Shown piece by piece: positions 10,456-19,332 of a stretch of DNA of 64,000 bases. Position 1 is the first letter of the stretch. Each line of letters opens with the position of its first letter. The notes below the pieces were generated by a model that was not told the origin of the DNA, did not search any database, and saw only the letters and a program-made list of their open reading frames with translations. Both the position numbers and the translations under genes were made by a program. This DNA is from Nitrospiraceae bacterium (GTDB lineage: Bacteria; Nitrospirota; Nitrospiria; Nitrospirales; Nitrospiraceae): positions 320,001-384,000 of the forward strand of contig JBFWWG010000001.1 in NCBI GenBank assembly GCA_050246315.1, given 5' to 3'.

Positions 10456-10677
10456 CTACAGACCGGAAGGCCCACCGCCCTCTTTCACGAGCTGTCGCCT
10501 TTTCGCCAGAGCGTCTGCCTGGATCACGTTCTTGCAATGGTCGCAGATCCAATGCCCATACAAGAGGGCCGGCCCCATCTGCCCGCAGAGCAGACACTGA
10601 CCGGGCTTTACGTACGGCGCTGTCGCTTCACCGAACTGTTCGGACTTCATGTCCGTGTGGTTGTCTGTCTTTCCCAT
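10456..10677 (-). CDS. Small Zn-ribbon protein (CxxC...ICxxC)
   Basis: 73 aa, CLLC-x13-CDHC, strong GGGAGG RBS, co-oriented with neighbours. Confidence 0.7.
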   Translation of the reverse strand: MGKTDNHTDMKSEQFGEATAPYVKPGQCLLCGQMGPALLYGHWICDHCKNVIQADALAKRRQLVKEGGGPSGL

Positions 10678-10739
10678 GATGCCCTCCCGCTGCCATTCAC
10701 GATCGGCGGCGGCGAACACCGACTCGGTGGCCTCACTTT

Positions 10740-11189
10740 CTATACCGTGGGAACCTCCAGCACATACAATTCCCCCTTCATGCGCTCGTGCAGGTCGCAG
10801 TGAAAGGGAAAGCTTCCAGGTCTTTCGGCGTTGAACCGGATCACCAGAGTCTTTCCTGGATTCACATAAAATCCTTCCACGCCTTTCCCATAGGTCGCGA
10901 TCTGATCGTCTTCCCCGGAGACGAGGAGTCCGTTCAGCATCGACGAAGTAAAGCCGTGCCGCACCTGGTCACGATTCTGCAAGACGATCTCGAGAGAAGC
11001 GCCTACCTGGAGGGGACCGCCCTTGGCCAGAATGAAGGCGCGATCCTCAATGACGATCTCGATCCGCTGCTCGCGGGTTCCTTGGAGTTGAAACTGGGAT
11101 CGAGCCTCCTTCGGGTTTGAACTCACCACCGTCCAGAGCAGCGCCATGATGCTGATAGTCGCACCAAGGACCGGGAGATGGATTCTCAT
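10740..11189 (-). CDS. Exported cupredoxin-domain protein
   Basis: Signal peptide; N.D...HGF and FHCDLHERMKG (His, Cys-x2-His-x2-Met type-1 Cu set). Confidence 0.85.
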   Translation of the reverse strand: MRIHLPVLGATISIMALLWTVVSSNPKEARSQFQLQGTREQRIEIVIEDRAFILAKGGPLQVGASLEIVLQNRDQVRHGFTSSMLNGLLVSGEDDQIATYGKGVEGFYVNPGKTLVIRFNAERPGSFPFHCDLHERMKGELYVLEVPTV

Positions 11190-11326
11190 GGTGCACCTCG
11201 CTGGATGAGAGAGACCACCACCTTCGTTGGTTAGTCACATCCGCTCGCGTTGCGGTCCGAGAAGCCGTCGAAGCGTCCGGTCGGCCTGACCGTTTGCGAT
11301 TCGATCGTTCCGAGAACGGCCACTCA

Positions 11327-12526
11327 TCATACTTGTCCGCTCCGACGATCAATCGGAACGTAGCCTCGGCCATGCTCTCCGTCATAAATCTGGTCAGGAC
11401 GGAAGAGCTTATTGTCCTTGACCTGCTCCAGCCAATGCGCCAACCAACCGCTCACGCGGGCCATTGCAAATACACATGTGAAAAAGTCTGTATCAATGCC
11501 CATCGTCTTGTAGAGCACACCGGAGTAGAAATCCACGTTGACGTGGATGCCTCTCTTCGCCAGCAGTTCCTCTCCCACACGCTCGACCTCCTCCGCCAGT
11601 CTGTAGAGAGGGGAGGGCTCGGACCGCGTCAAAAGACGCTTAGCCAGCTTTTGGAGGATGTTGGCCCTCGGATCTTTCACCTTATAGATCCGGTGACCGA
11701 ACCCCATGAGCCTCTGCTTCGCGGCCAGCCGCTGCGTGATGTAATGCCGGACATGGTCCATGGATCGGATCTCCTCCAACATTTCCACGGTCTCTTGAGC
11801 GGCTCCGCCGTGCAAGGGTCCTTTCAAGGCTCCGATGGCCGAGGAGACGACGGTGTACGGATCGGCCAGAGTCGAAGCGGTCACCATACCGCTGAATGTG
11901 GACGCGTTCATCGTGTGTTCTGCATGAAGGATGAGGCAGGTCTCCAGCATTCTCGCGATCAACGGGTCTGGTACCTTTTCGGTCAACATGTAGAGAAAGT
12001 TGCCGGCATGGTCCAAATCATCGCGGGGCTGAACCTGCTCGTCACCACGTCGGAGCCGATGGTACGCGGCCACAATCGTGGGCAGCTTGGCGATCAGTCG
12101 GACAGCCGACCAGTACTGCACCGCAGGATCCAAGACATGCCTGGCCGGATAGAACATCCCGAGAGCCGCCACGGCCGCTTGGAGCGCATCCATGGGATGG
12201 CCGTGGTCCGGCAAACACTTGATCAGATCCGTGATCCGATACTTGATGCGCCGGTGCTCTGTCACGTCAGTCGTGAACCGGTTGAGTTCCGTCTGATCCG
12301 GCAGGCGATCGTAGAGCAGCAGGTAGGTCGTCTCCAGAAAGGAACTGTGTTCGGCCAGCTCTTCGATTGGAATTCCGCGATATTCGAGCACACCGGTCTC
12401 ACCATTCACAAAGCTGATCGAGGACTTGGCCGCCGGCACACCGGCAAGACCGGGTGAAAACTCCCGCTCAAGAGACTCTGGAGTGGCCGTCGGCTCAGGG
12501 GCGGCGACCTTCACGTCTTCCTTCAT
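11327..12526 (-). CDS. gltA: Citrate synthase
   Basis: GL.GV, LEYRG, HAEH..NAST, GPLHGGA, GFGHRIYKVKDPR, NVDFYSG. Confidence 0.95.
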   Translation of the reverse strand: MKEDVKVAAPEPTATPESLEREFSPGLAGVPAAKSSISFVNGETGVLEYRGIPIEELAEHSSFLETTYLLLYDRLPDQTELNRFTTDVTEHRRIKYRITDLIKCLPDHGHPMDALQAAVAALGMFYPARHVLDPAVQYWSAVRLIAKLPTIVAAYHRLRRGDEQVQPRDDLDHAGNFLYMLTEKVPDPLIARMLETCLILHAEHTMNASTFSGMVTASTLADPYTVVSSAIGALKGPLHGGAAQETVEMLEEIRSMDHVRHYITQRLAAKQRLMGFGHRIYKVKDPRANILQKLAKRLLTRSEPSPLYRLAEEVERVGEELLAKRGIHVNVDFYSGVLYKTMGIDTDFFTCVFAMARVSGWLAHWLEQVKDNKLFRPDQIYDGEHGRGYVPIDRRSGQV

Positions 12527-13150
12527 AGCCCTGACCTCGGTTCAGGATGTATGACACCATTCCACCCGAACCTCGCGCACCCGTTGGGATTGCCGCCACG
12601 GCCCCGCTTGTCGGACCGTTCCATCCGATGCCTCACGACACGCAGATGCAGTCGTTCCCCGCAGAACACACCACGCCGACCCTCGCCCACATCGACCCCT
12701 TCCCCGAACCTCTCCCAAACCAGCAACCCGCCGCATCGAGCACCCCTCTCTTCTGGCGTTCTCGCCGCCCATGCTCGGCTCTGGCTGCTCCATCGGTAGA
12801 CAGGCTCCCCCCTTCGGCTCTTTATTGAGAAGAAGCATCGGACATGCCTGTACCCCTCCCGCTCGACCGTGCGGGACCACTTGGTATCACGGGTACTTAG
12901 ATGCTGAGCGTTTCGTGGAGCGGGTCTGTTGCGAGCCGATTGGGGTGTTTTAGCTCATGAGTCATGTCGTACCTGTCGCAAAATACCTCAGGGAAGAGCC
13001 GGGGCTCATCCCCTGGACTCACGAGCAGAGAAGCACCCCGTGATCGGCTCCGGCGCATCGGCGCGTGACCGATCACGGGAAACACAGAGAATCGTGGCTG
13101 CTCGGCGGCCCTCAACAGGTCCGGTTGAGGACCACCTCTCACCGCATGAC

Positions 13151-13585
13151 TTACCCGTCACCCCAGAAGAATTCGTCCCAGTTGACGGTCTTGTCCCACC
13201 ACTGCTGGTGGCGCTTGACGTCGTGCAAGGCCGGCGGCGTTACCCTGTAACAGTGATCCCAGATCGCATCCGCGGCCTTGGCGCTGATCCCGCCGTCCCT
13301 CGATTCCAGCATGTCCATGAAGCGGTTCATGGCCGCGTAGGTTCTCTCCTGATCCCCATTCTCGTAGGCGCGCTGCACGACGTGGAGTTGGTCCAGATAG
13401 ATCTCAAACATCGTGGATTCCCCCTTGACCAGCGCAGCCCCCTGCTGAGCCACCACGAACCCCTTCAACTCCTCAAGCCATCCACCCTGCGACGGCACAG
13501 TCCCGGATTCACTGCTCGCTGGAAGCAGAAGGATCGCGACCACAAGGCCAGCCAACCACATCCTCTGATTGAATGTTGACTTCAT
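13151..13585 (-). CDS. Exported protein of unknown function, paralogue 1 of 4
   Basis: Signal peptide; shares AMNRFMDMLExRxGGI...CxxVTP...HDxxRH with three nearby ORFs. Confidence 0.85.
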   Translation of the reverse strand: MKSTFNQRMWLAGLVVAILLLPASSESGTVPSQGGWLEELKGFVVAQQGAALVKGESTMFEIYLDQLHVVQRAYENGDQERTYAAMNRFMDMLESRDGGISAKAADAIWDHCYRVTPPALHDVKRHQQWWDKTVNWDEFFWGDG

Positions 13586-13945
13586 GGTTCAGCCCTCCGT
13601 TTCGTATCGGTCTCCACGCTCCGGTCCGGCTGCCTTCGCAATCAGGACACTCGGAAAGGATGGGCGCGAAACGTGGAGGAGGCCGAAGCCCACGCTTCGC
13701 GCCGCGAGGCCGGGGCTAGCCCCTGAACAACCCCGTACCCCGTCTCTGCCTCTTTTTCGTATCACCGCGACCCCACGACTTCTGATGCTCACCTTCATTC
13801 CACTGCCTCCCGTTCAAGATCCGCCGAGTCATATTCATTGTAGTTCCAGCATAGGGTCTTGAATGGTCCCGCACAATGAGCAGGAGGCCTCATTTTGCGC
13901 CTGGGGCGACATCATCAGTCGATCGAGTAGGCTATGCCGCGGAGT

Positions 13946-14653
13946 TTAGGGGGTGGTGGGCGAACTGGTGCGCGCTGGGTCGGATGGCATCGACCCGGCG
14001 CCCGGAGGAAAAGCGATCGCGAGAGCCTGGAGTCGGCTGTGGGCACCCAGTTTTTCAAGGATGTGCTGGATGTGATTGCGCACCGTCTTGGGACTAATGC
14101 TCAGGGTATCGGCGATGCTTGCGGATGAGGCGCCGGTGGCCACCAAACGAAGGATTTCTCGCTCCCGTTCGGTGAGCGGAAGGGTTGCCGGGATGTCCGG
14201 CGGCGAGTCCGGGCGGATGTCCACCGCAGGCAATCCCGGAGATCCGAGCACGACCTGTAGCTCGTGCACCAAATGGCGGGCTCGCGCTTGGTTGGTGATA
14301 TCTCGGAATAAATGGGCGAGCCAAAACACGGTCCGTTTGCGGGAGGGAACCGGCAACGTGCTCACGTTCAACCAGATGAGGCGGCCTTCCTTCGTTCGTG
14401 TCTGCATGTCGAACTGTCTGACCCCGCCGCCGCTTCGGATGCGGCCCGCGATCGGGCAGGTCGGCGAGCACAGAGGATGACCGTTCAACGTCTCACCACG
14501 AATGACCTCACAGCAGGGACGGCCCACGACCTCCTGAGCTTTGAACCCCAGCAAGCGCTGAGCGGCTCGATTCCAGAACGCCACCCTCCCGTCCTGGGCC
14601 ACCAGCATGGCGCCCTCGGCCGCCCTTTCCAGCATGGCGGTGAGCTGTTTCAT
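13946..14653 (-). CDS. PAS domain + LuxR-type HTH one-component regulator
   Basis: PAS (WNRAAQRLLGF....VVGRPC) and LuxR HTH (LTEREREIL...IADTLSISPKTVRNHIQHILEKLG). Confidence 0.92.
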   Translation of the reverse strand: MKQLTAMLERAAEGAMLVAQDGRVAFWNRAAQRLLGFKAQEVVGRPCCEVIRGETLNGHPLCSPTCPIAGRIRSGGGVRQFDMQTRTKEGRLIWLNVSTLPVPSRKRTVFWLAHLFRDITNQARARHLVHELQVVLGSPGLPAVDIRPDSPPDIPATLPLTEREREILRLVATGASSASIADTLSISPKTVRNHIQHILEKLGAHSRLQALAIAFPPGAGSMPSDPARTSSPTTP

Positions 14654-14932
14654 GGTCGTTGTCCGCGAACAGCACGCCGCGAATCGCCCGCACTCGGCCG
14701 TGAGCCACTCACGACGTGCTCACTGTTCGGTAGGCTCCTTCGCCTCGGCACCTCAGCAACCGCAATCCGTAGAAGCTCCTGCCGGAGACGGTCCCCTCTT
14801 CATGTGGAATGCCGCATCCTCGCCGGCATCACTCTGATCCGAGCGGCGACCTGCGGTCCACCAGGGATCCGTGCCTCGTCTCCAGCCTCTCATCTTTCCT
14901 CCCCATCGCATCAGGTTCGGACCCTTACATCG

Positions 14933-15376
14933 TTATCGCGGCCAGTGGACGCCTTCGGGCGCTCGGGGCTGTTCAGTTTTCGGAGGTCCGCTGTGCCGTT
15001 CCACATCATGGAACTGTGTCGGCGTCACGAGATTGCAAAAGTTGAACAGCTCATTCGCCGCGACGTCGGGAATCCCGCCCTCACGCGCCTCCAACATGTC
15101 CATGAACCGATTCATGGCGATATAGGTGGCATCGGTGTCTCCTGTTGCGTACTTCGTCTCCACCACTCGTATCTGGTCGAGGTAGAGATCCCAATTGGCT
15201 TTCGGATACTCCTTCTTGTAATACGCATCCCCCTGGTAGAAGATGATCGCGCCGTGGAGATCATCCATCCAGGTAAAGGGGCGCGAGCTCGCCTGGACAG
15301 CCATCGGTGCAAGCACGCAAGCGAGCCCCACCACCAGCGCCATCGCCGTCATGCTTCTGTGAGTGACGTGTTTCAT
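14933..15376 (-). CDS. Exported protein of unknown function, paralogue 2 of 4
   Basis: Signal peptide; AMNRFMDMLEAREGGI...FCNLVTP..FHDVERH; lacks the Trp-rich tail. Confidence 0.85.
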   Translation of the reverse strand: MKHVTHRSMTAMALVVGLACVLAPMAVQASSRPFTWMDDLHGAIIFYQGDAYYKKEYPKANWDLYLDQIRVVETKYATGDTDATYIAMNRFMDMLEAREGGIPDVAANELFNFCNLVTPTQFHDVERHSGPPKTEQPRAPEGVHWPR

Positions 15377-15426
15377 CGTTGCACCTCGGCATGGTCGTTT
15401 CTGACTCTTGCTGCCGTTCGTTCCGT

Positions 15427-15858
15427 TCATTCCCCCCAGAAGAAATTCTCCCAATCCACGGTCTTGTCCCACCGACGTTTATGACGTTTCTCGTCGTGAA
15501 ATGCCGTCGGTGTGACTTGGTAACACAAATCCCAGATGGCCTCCGCGACATCTGACCTGATCCCTCCCTCGCGAGTCTCCAGCATGTCCATGAAGCGGTT
15601 GATGGCTACATAGGTCCCGCGCAGGTCGTGGCTTCGCAACGTGTGCCGCACGAGGAAGAGTTGCCCGAGATAGGGGTCATAGGAGCCTTCCCGTTCAATG
15701 CCCTTCTGGATCAGGGTGAAGCCGGTGAGTTTGTCGATCCACCATTCCGGGAGAGGAGTTTCACCGTCGGCTTCTCGCGGCAGATGCACCAGGGTGGACA
15801 GCGCGAACATACCGAGTATGGCCGGTACCAACGAGAGCGGGCCTGTCATGCGGGACAT
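15427..15858 (-). CDS. Exported protein of unknown function, paralogue 3 of 4
   Basis: AINRFMDMLETREGGI...CYQVTP..FHDEKRH...WDKTVDWENFFWGE. Confidence 0.85.
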   Translation of the reverse strand: MSRMTGPLSLVPAILGMFALSTLVHLPREADGETPLPEWWIDKLTGFTLIQKGIEREGSYDPYLGQLFLVRHTLRSHDLRGTYVAINRFMDMLETREGGIRSDVAEAIWDLCYQVTPTAFHDEKRHKRRWDKTVDWENFFWGE

Positions 15859-15879
15859 GATCCCACCTGTTCGCTCGGA

Positions 15880-16353
15880 TCAAGGAACCACCCGGATCGT
15901 GCTCCGCAGCTCCTCCTCCGGTCCATGTAACGGACAGAAAAACTGATAAGACTCTGGTCCTGCGGCACCTCCCGCTGAATGACGCTTCAACGGTTCCGTG
16001 CTGACCTGGACATGGACGGTTTCTCCCGAGGTCACATAGACCCGTAACGCTTTGGGTGTCGACCCCTCCGTCCCCTCAAGGATTTGCTCGAATAGATCCG
16101 GGGCTTCAAACACATGCGTCCGGGGTGTCGGATTTTCCAGAACAAAGACCAGCTTCTCATCCAGAAGCACGCGTCTGTAAATCACCACCTCCCGTGGAGA
16201 CCAAGCCGCTGCATCTCCTCCCACATCTTGGATGACAAAGTGAAACTCTGCGGCGAGCGCCGTCGGCAGCGCCAGACCGTTCCCCGTGATCATCCCAAGA
16301 AGGACCAGGCCTGCCCGCAACAATCGTTCGTGGACGCGCTTCATGCCGTTCAT
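15880..16353 (-). CDS. Exported cupredoxin-like protein
   Basis: Signal peptide; N.T..THVF and YQFFCPLH. Confidence 0.7.
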   Translation of the reverse strand: MNGMKRVHERLLRAGLVLLGMITGNGLALPTALAAEFHFVIQDVGGDAAAWSPREVVIYRRVLLDEKLVFVLENPTPRTHVFEAPDLFEQILEGTEGSTPKALRVYVTSGETVHVQVSTEPLKRHSAGGAAGPESYQFFCPLHGPEEELRSTIRVVP

Positions 16354-16391
16354 CCCTTCGGCGATCGACCTCTCGCTCTCGGCAGTGCCGG

Positions 16392-16826
16392 TCACTCCTC
16401 CCAAAAAAACTTCTCCCAATCGACGGTTTTCTCCCACCATTGCTGGTGGCGCTTCACATCGTGCAGTGCCGGCGGGGTGACCTCATAGCAATAATCCCAG
16501 ATGGCATCGGCGGCCCCGGCGCTGATCCCTCCTTCCCGGTTCTCCAGCATGTCCATCAGGCGATTCATCGCCGCATAGGAGCCGTTCCAATCACTCCGGT
16601 CATAGAGACTCCGCACCAACTGCACTTGCCCGATATAGGGATCGAACGATCCCGGTTCGGCCTTGGCCTGCGCCGTTCCTTGCTGGACCACGACAAATCC
16701 GGTCAATTGATCCAGCCAGCCCTCCGGCCAGGCAGCCATGGCATTGACCGTCCAGAGCATGGCCGTCGCGAACAGCAGGCAGAGGACTAGCGCCGTCTTT
16801 CCTTGTGCTGTGATACCCCGCGCCAT
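16392..16826 (-). CDS. Exported protein of unknown function, paralogue 4 of 4
   Basis: AMNRLMDMLENREGGI...CYEVTPPALHDVKRHQQWWEKTVDWEKFFWEE. Confidence 0.85.
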   Translation of the reverse strand: MARGITAQGKTALVLCLLFATAMLWTVNAMAAWPEGWLDQLTGFVVVQQGTAQAKAEPGSFDPYIGQVQLVRSLYDRSDWNGSYAAMNRLMDMLENREGGISAGAADAIWDYCYEVTPPALHDVKRHQQWWEKTVDWEKFFWEE

Positions 16827-17021
16827 GACCCCTCCCGATTTGGTCGGCCCTCACTCACCTTGAGGGTACGACCCGGATCGATCCACCCACATCGGCATCA
16901 GTGCAACGGGACTCATCCGCTCCTGTCCGGCCGTTTTGCGAAATGCCGCAGCCCCGGCCCGGCTCCTCTGGGAGCGACGTCCGAGGCTGCGACGGTCTCT
17001 CCACGACCACCAACCTAGACC

Positions 17022-17531
17022 TTATCCCCCTCCAGGGACACCGGAGGTTTCAACCACCAGCAACTCACCGCGCACTTCCGGGTGAATGTCGCACCAGATG
17101 GTGTGGTACTGAGTATAGGCTTCGTTTCCACCGTACAAGCCATCGCGCTGCACATCGGACGGCTTAGTGAACGTAAGCGTCATGACCTTTCCCGGATCAA
17201 GATGGAAGCTCTTGATCTTCTTTCCCGTGACGACCTCTCCTTGGCCTTCAAGCTTCACCGGGAGATTGTGGAACAAGTTTGACGTAAACCCGTGGGTGAC
17301 CGAGTCCTCGTTGCGAACGGTGATCTTCATCAACGACCCGGCCATGGCCGTCCCCTTCAACAACTCATAGCCATGGTTCCGGTCCTTTATGACAATGGTC
17401 AACTCCTGAACCGGCGCCGCCATTCCTGGCGCCTCAGCATACGCAATTCCGCCTCCCAGCCCCGACAGCGTCAGCGCTGCCAGCGCGAGGGGAACCGCCA
17501 ACACGGTTTTGGGGCCTCCTCTCGTTCTCAT
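17022..17531 (-). CDS. Exported cupredoxin-like protein
   Basis: Signal peptide; RNED.VTHGFTS and IWCDIHPEVRGE; clear paralogue of 10740-11189. Confidence 0.8.
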   Translation of the reverse strand: MRTRGGPKTVLAVPLALAALTLSGLGGGIAYAEAPGMAAPVQELTIVIKDRNHGYELLKGTAMAGSLMKITVRNEDSVTHGFTSNLFHNLPVKLEGQGEVVTGKKIKSFHLDPGKVMTLTFTKPSDVQRDGLYGGNEAYTQYHTIWCDIHPEVRGELLVVETSGVPGGG

Positions 17532-18143
17532 CGTGGCTCTCCTTTCTTCTGTGGATGCGTCCGGCACCCACGACTCCGACGAGTTGATATACGCTTCCTC
17601 ATCTCTGGTCTCGATTATCCTGAAGTCGTCGTGCTCTCGCTCCACCTCCTTCCCTGCCGCGACTTTTCAGCCAATGCGCCGGCACGTCCGCTTCGGCCCA
17701 CACATCAACCGTAATCAACCTGTTATCCCGAGACAATGAGACAGACACATCATTTTCGGACTGAGCCGATTACCTCACCGACACGATGACGATGACGTTC
17801 ACAGCGCATTATCTGGAGCACATAGGAAAGGTCAGGGGAGATGGAGGCATCACCACGTTCATTTACATAGAGGGTCACTATCCCTGAACGGCTATTCTTG
17901 ACTTGCATCACCATGACGTTGCCCCTGCTTCGGCCTTCTGCGAAACCCTTGCCACACCAAATCGTTGATTTTGCGTATCTGTAGAGAGGCCAATCAAACA
18001 GCCTGGGGAGAAACGCGACAGTGTTGCGTTATGACCTAGGGCAGGAAGGTACAGTGACTGGTTGATCGTCAGAAAATCGAAACAACCTGGGGGTGGAACG
18101 TACCCTCACAGGGAAGGGGGCTGTTCTGCCTTCATGGGCGTAT

Positions 18144-18200
18144 CCGTTCGCCCTGAGCCGGTGGAAGCCTGGGGTGAGTGCATCGAACCGGGTGAACGGA
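18144..18200. repeat. REP-like palindromic repeat (CCGTTCGCCCTGAGC..GTCGAA family)
   Basis: Degenerate copy of the motif also seen at 48958-49035 and 53810-54005. Confidence 0.55.
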
Positions 18201-18275
18201 GGATATTGAAGTGACTTCTCGTCCGCATGAATGAGAATCGCTAGGCGTTTCGTCTGCCGACAAGCCCGGCTCGAT

Positions 18276-19202
18276 TCATGGTTGGCGCTGCGAGAGATAC
18301 CGATACATGCCTTCCACATTCTCGGGGAACCATTCGGCGTAGCGCCCCCATTGCTCATATTTTGGAAGCCGGACCGCCTTCTTGGTCTCTTCCAGACTCG
18401 CCCCCTTCTGGACCTGGTCCTGCACGGCGGCCCGGAGGTCTTCCATATAGTTGCGAAATTGCCGCACGTGTTCCTTCCTGCCGACCTTGCCGTGCCCCGG
18501 CACCAACGTCTCGAAGTCCAATTGCTCGACCTGCTTGAGCGATTCGATCCAGTCGTCCGGATAGCCGTCCGGCAATGCCCGATAGGCCACGGTCTCGATC
18601 GGAATAAAGTCTACGGCGAAGAGCAGCTTATGCTGAGGAAGCAGCACCACCAGGCTGTTGTCCGAATGATTCTTGCCGGTATAAATCAACTCGATACGCT
18701 TGCCCCCCAGATCGATGGACATGCGATCGGTGAAGGTGAGATCCGGGACCGGAATCTTTGCATCTCCTTCTTCCACAATCTTGGGCCGGGCCGCCGCCTG
18801 GCTGATGAAGACGGCCGTATCGGCGAACACGCTGCCTCCGGTGATATGGTCGTTGTGATCGTGACTATAGATGACATACCGCACAGGTTGCTCGGTCAGT
18901 TTCTTGATCTCCGCCTTCAGCCAAGCCGCCGCCTCCAGACTGATCGGATCGGTGACGATCACGCCCTTGGAAGTGGTGATGAAGATGGCCTGATGGAAGC
19001 GGTGCCGGAACAGATAGACATCATCGGCCAGTTTCGTGATTTCATCGTCCGGGCGGGACGATTGAGCCGCCGCCTCAGACGCCTGGATCATGAGCCATCC
19101 GGCCACGAGCAAGAGCAGCCCCCACAGAGCCATGGCGACGTGTCCGTTTGTCTGCGATCGGATGCTGCGGAAACAGCTCAGCTTGTCGTCTGTGGTCGCC
19201 AT
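18276..19202 (-). CDS. Exported MBL-fold metallo-hydrolase
   Basis: SHDHNDH, HS, D and PGHG motifs; hydrophobic N-terminus. Confidence 0.88.
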   Translation of the reverse strand: MATTDDKLSCFRSIRSQTNGHVAMALWGLLLLVAGWLMIQASEAAAQSSRPDDEITKLADDVYLFRHRFHQAIFITTSKGVIVTDPISLEAAAWLKAEIKKLTEQPVRYVIYSHDHNDHITGGSVFADTAVFISQAAARPKIVEEGDAKIPVPDLTFTDRMSIDLGGKRIELIYTGKNHSDNSLVVLLPQHKLLFAVDFIPIETVAYRALPDGYPDDWIESLKQVEQLDFETLVPGHGKVGRKEHVRQFRNYMEDLRAAVQDQVQKGASLEETKKAVRLPKYEQWGRYAEWFPENVEGMYRYLSQRQP

Positions 19203-19332
19203 GTCCTTCCTCCTATCGCATCGCCCTGACCATCTCGTCTGACGTCCCCCTCTCCGTTACCAGTTCCCATCGTCCGTTGCAACGGGCTCGCCGGAAAGGA
19301 GACGGCGAGGGGAGACACTTCACGATCCAGAT

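Noticed and set aside
12897..13142. 81-aa ORF downstream of paralogue 1
   Set aside because: No motif or convincing RBS; cannot be supported as a gene.
17868..17888. DosR-like box AGGG-N7-CCCT upstream of the cupredoxin operon
   Set aside because: Spacing does not match the consensus and the palindrome is too short to support.
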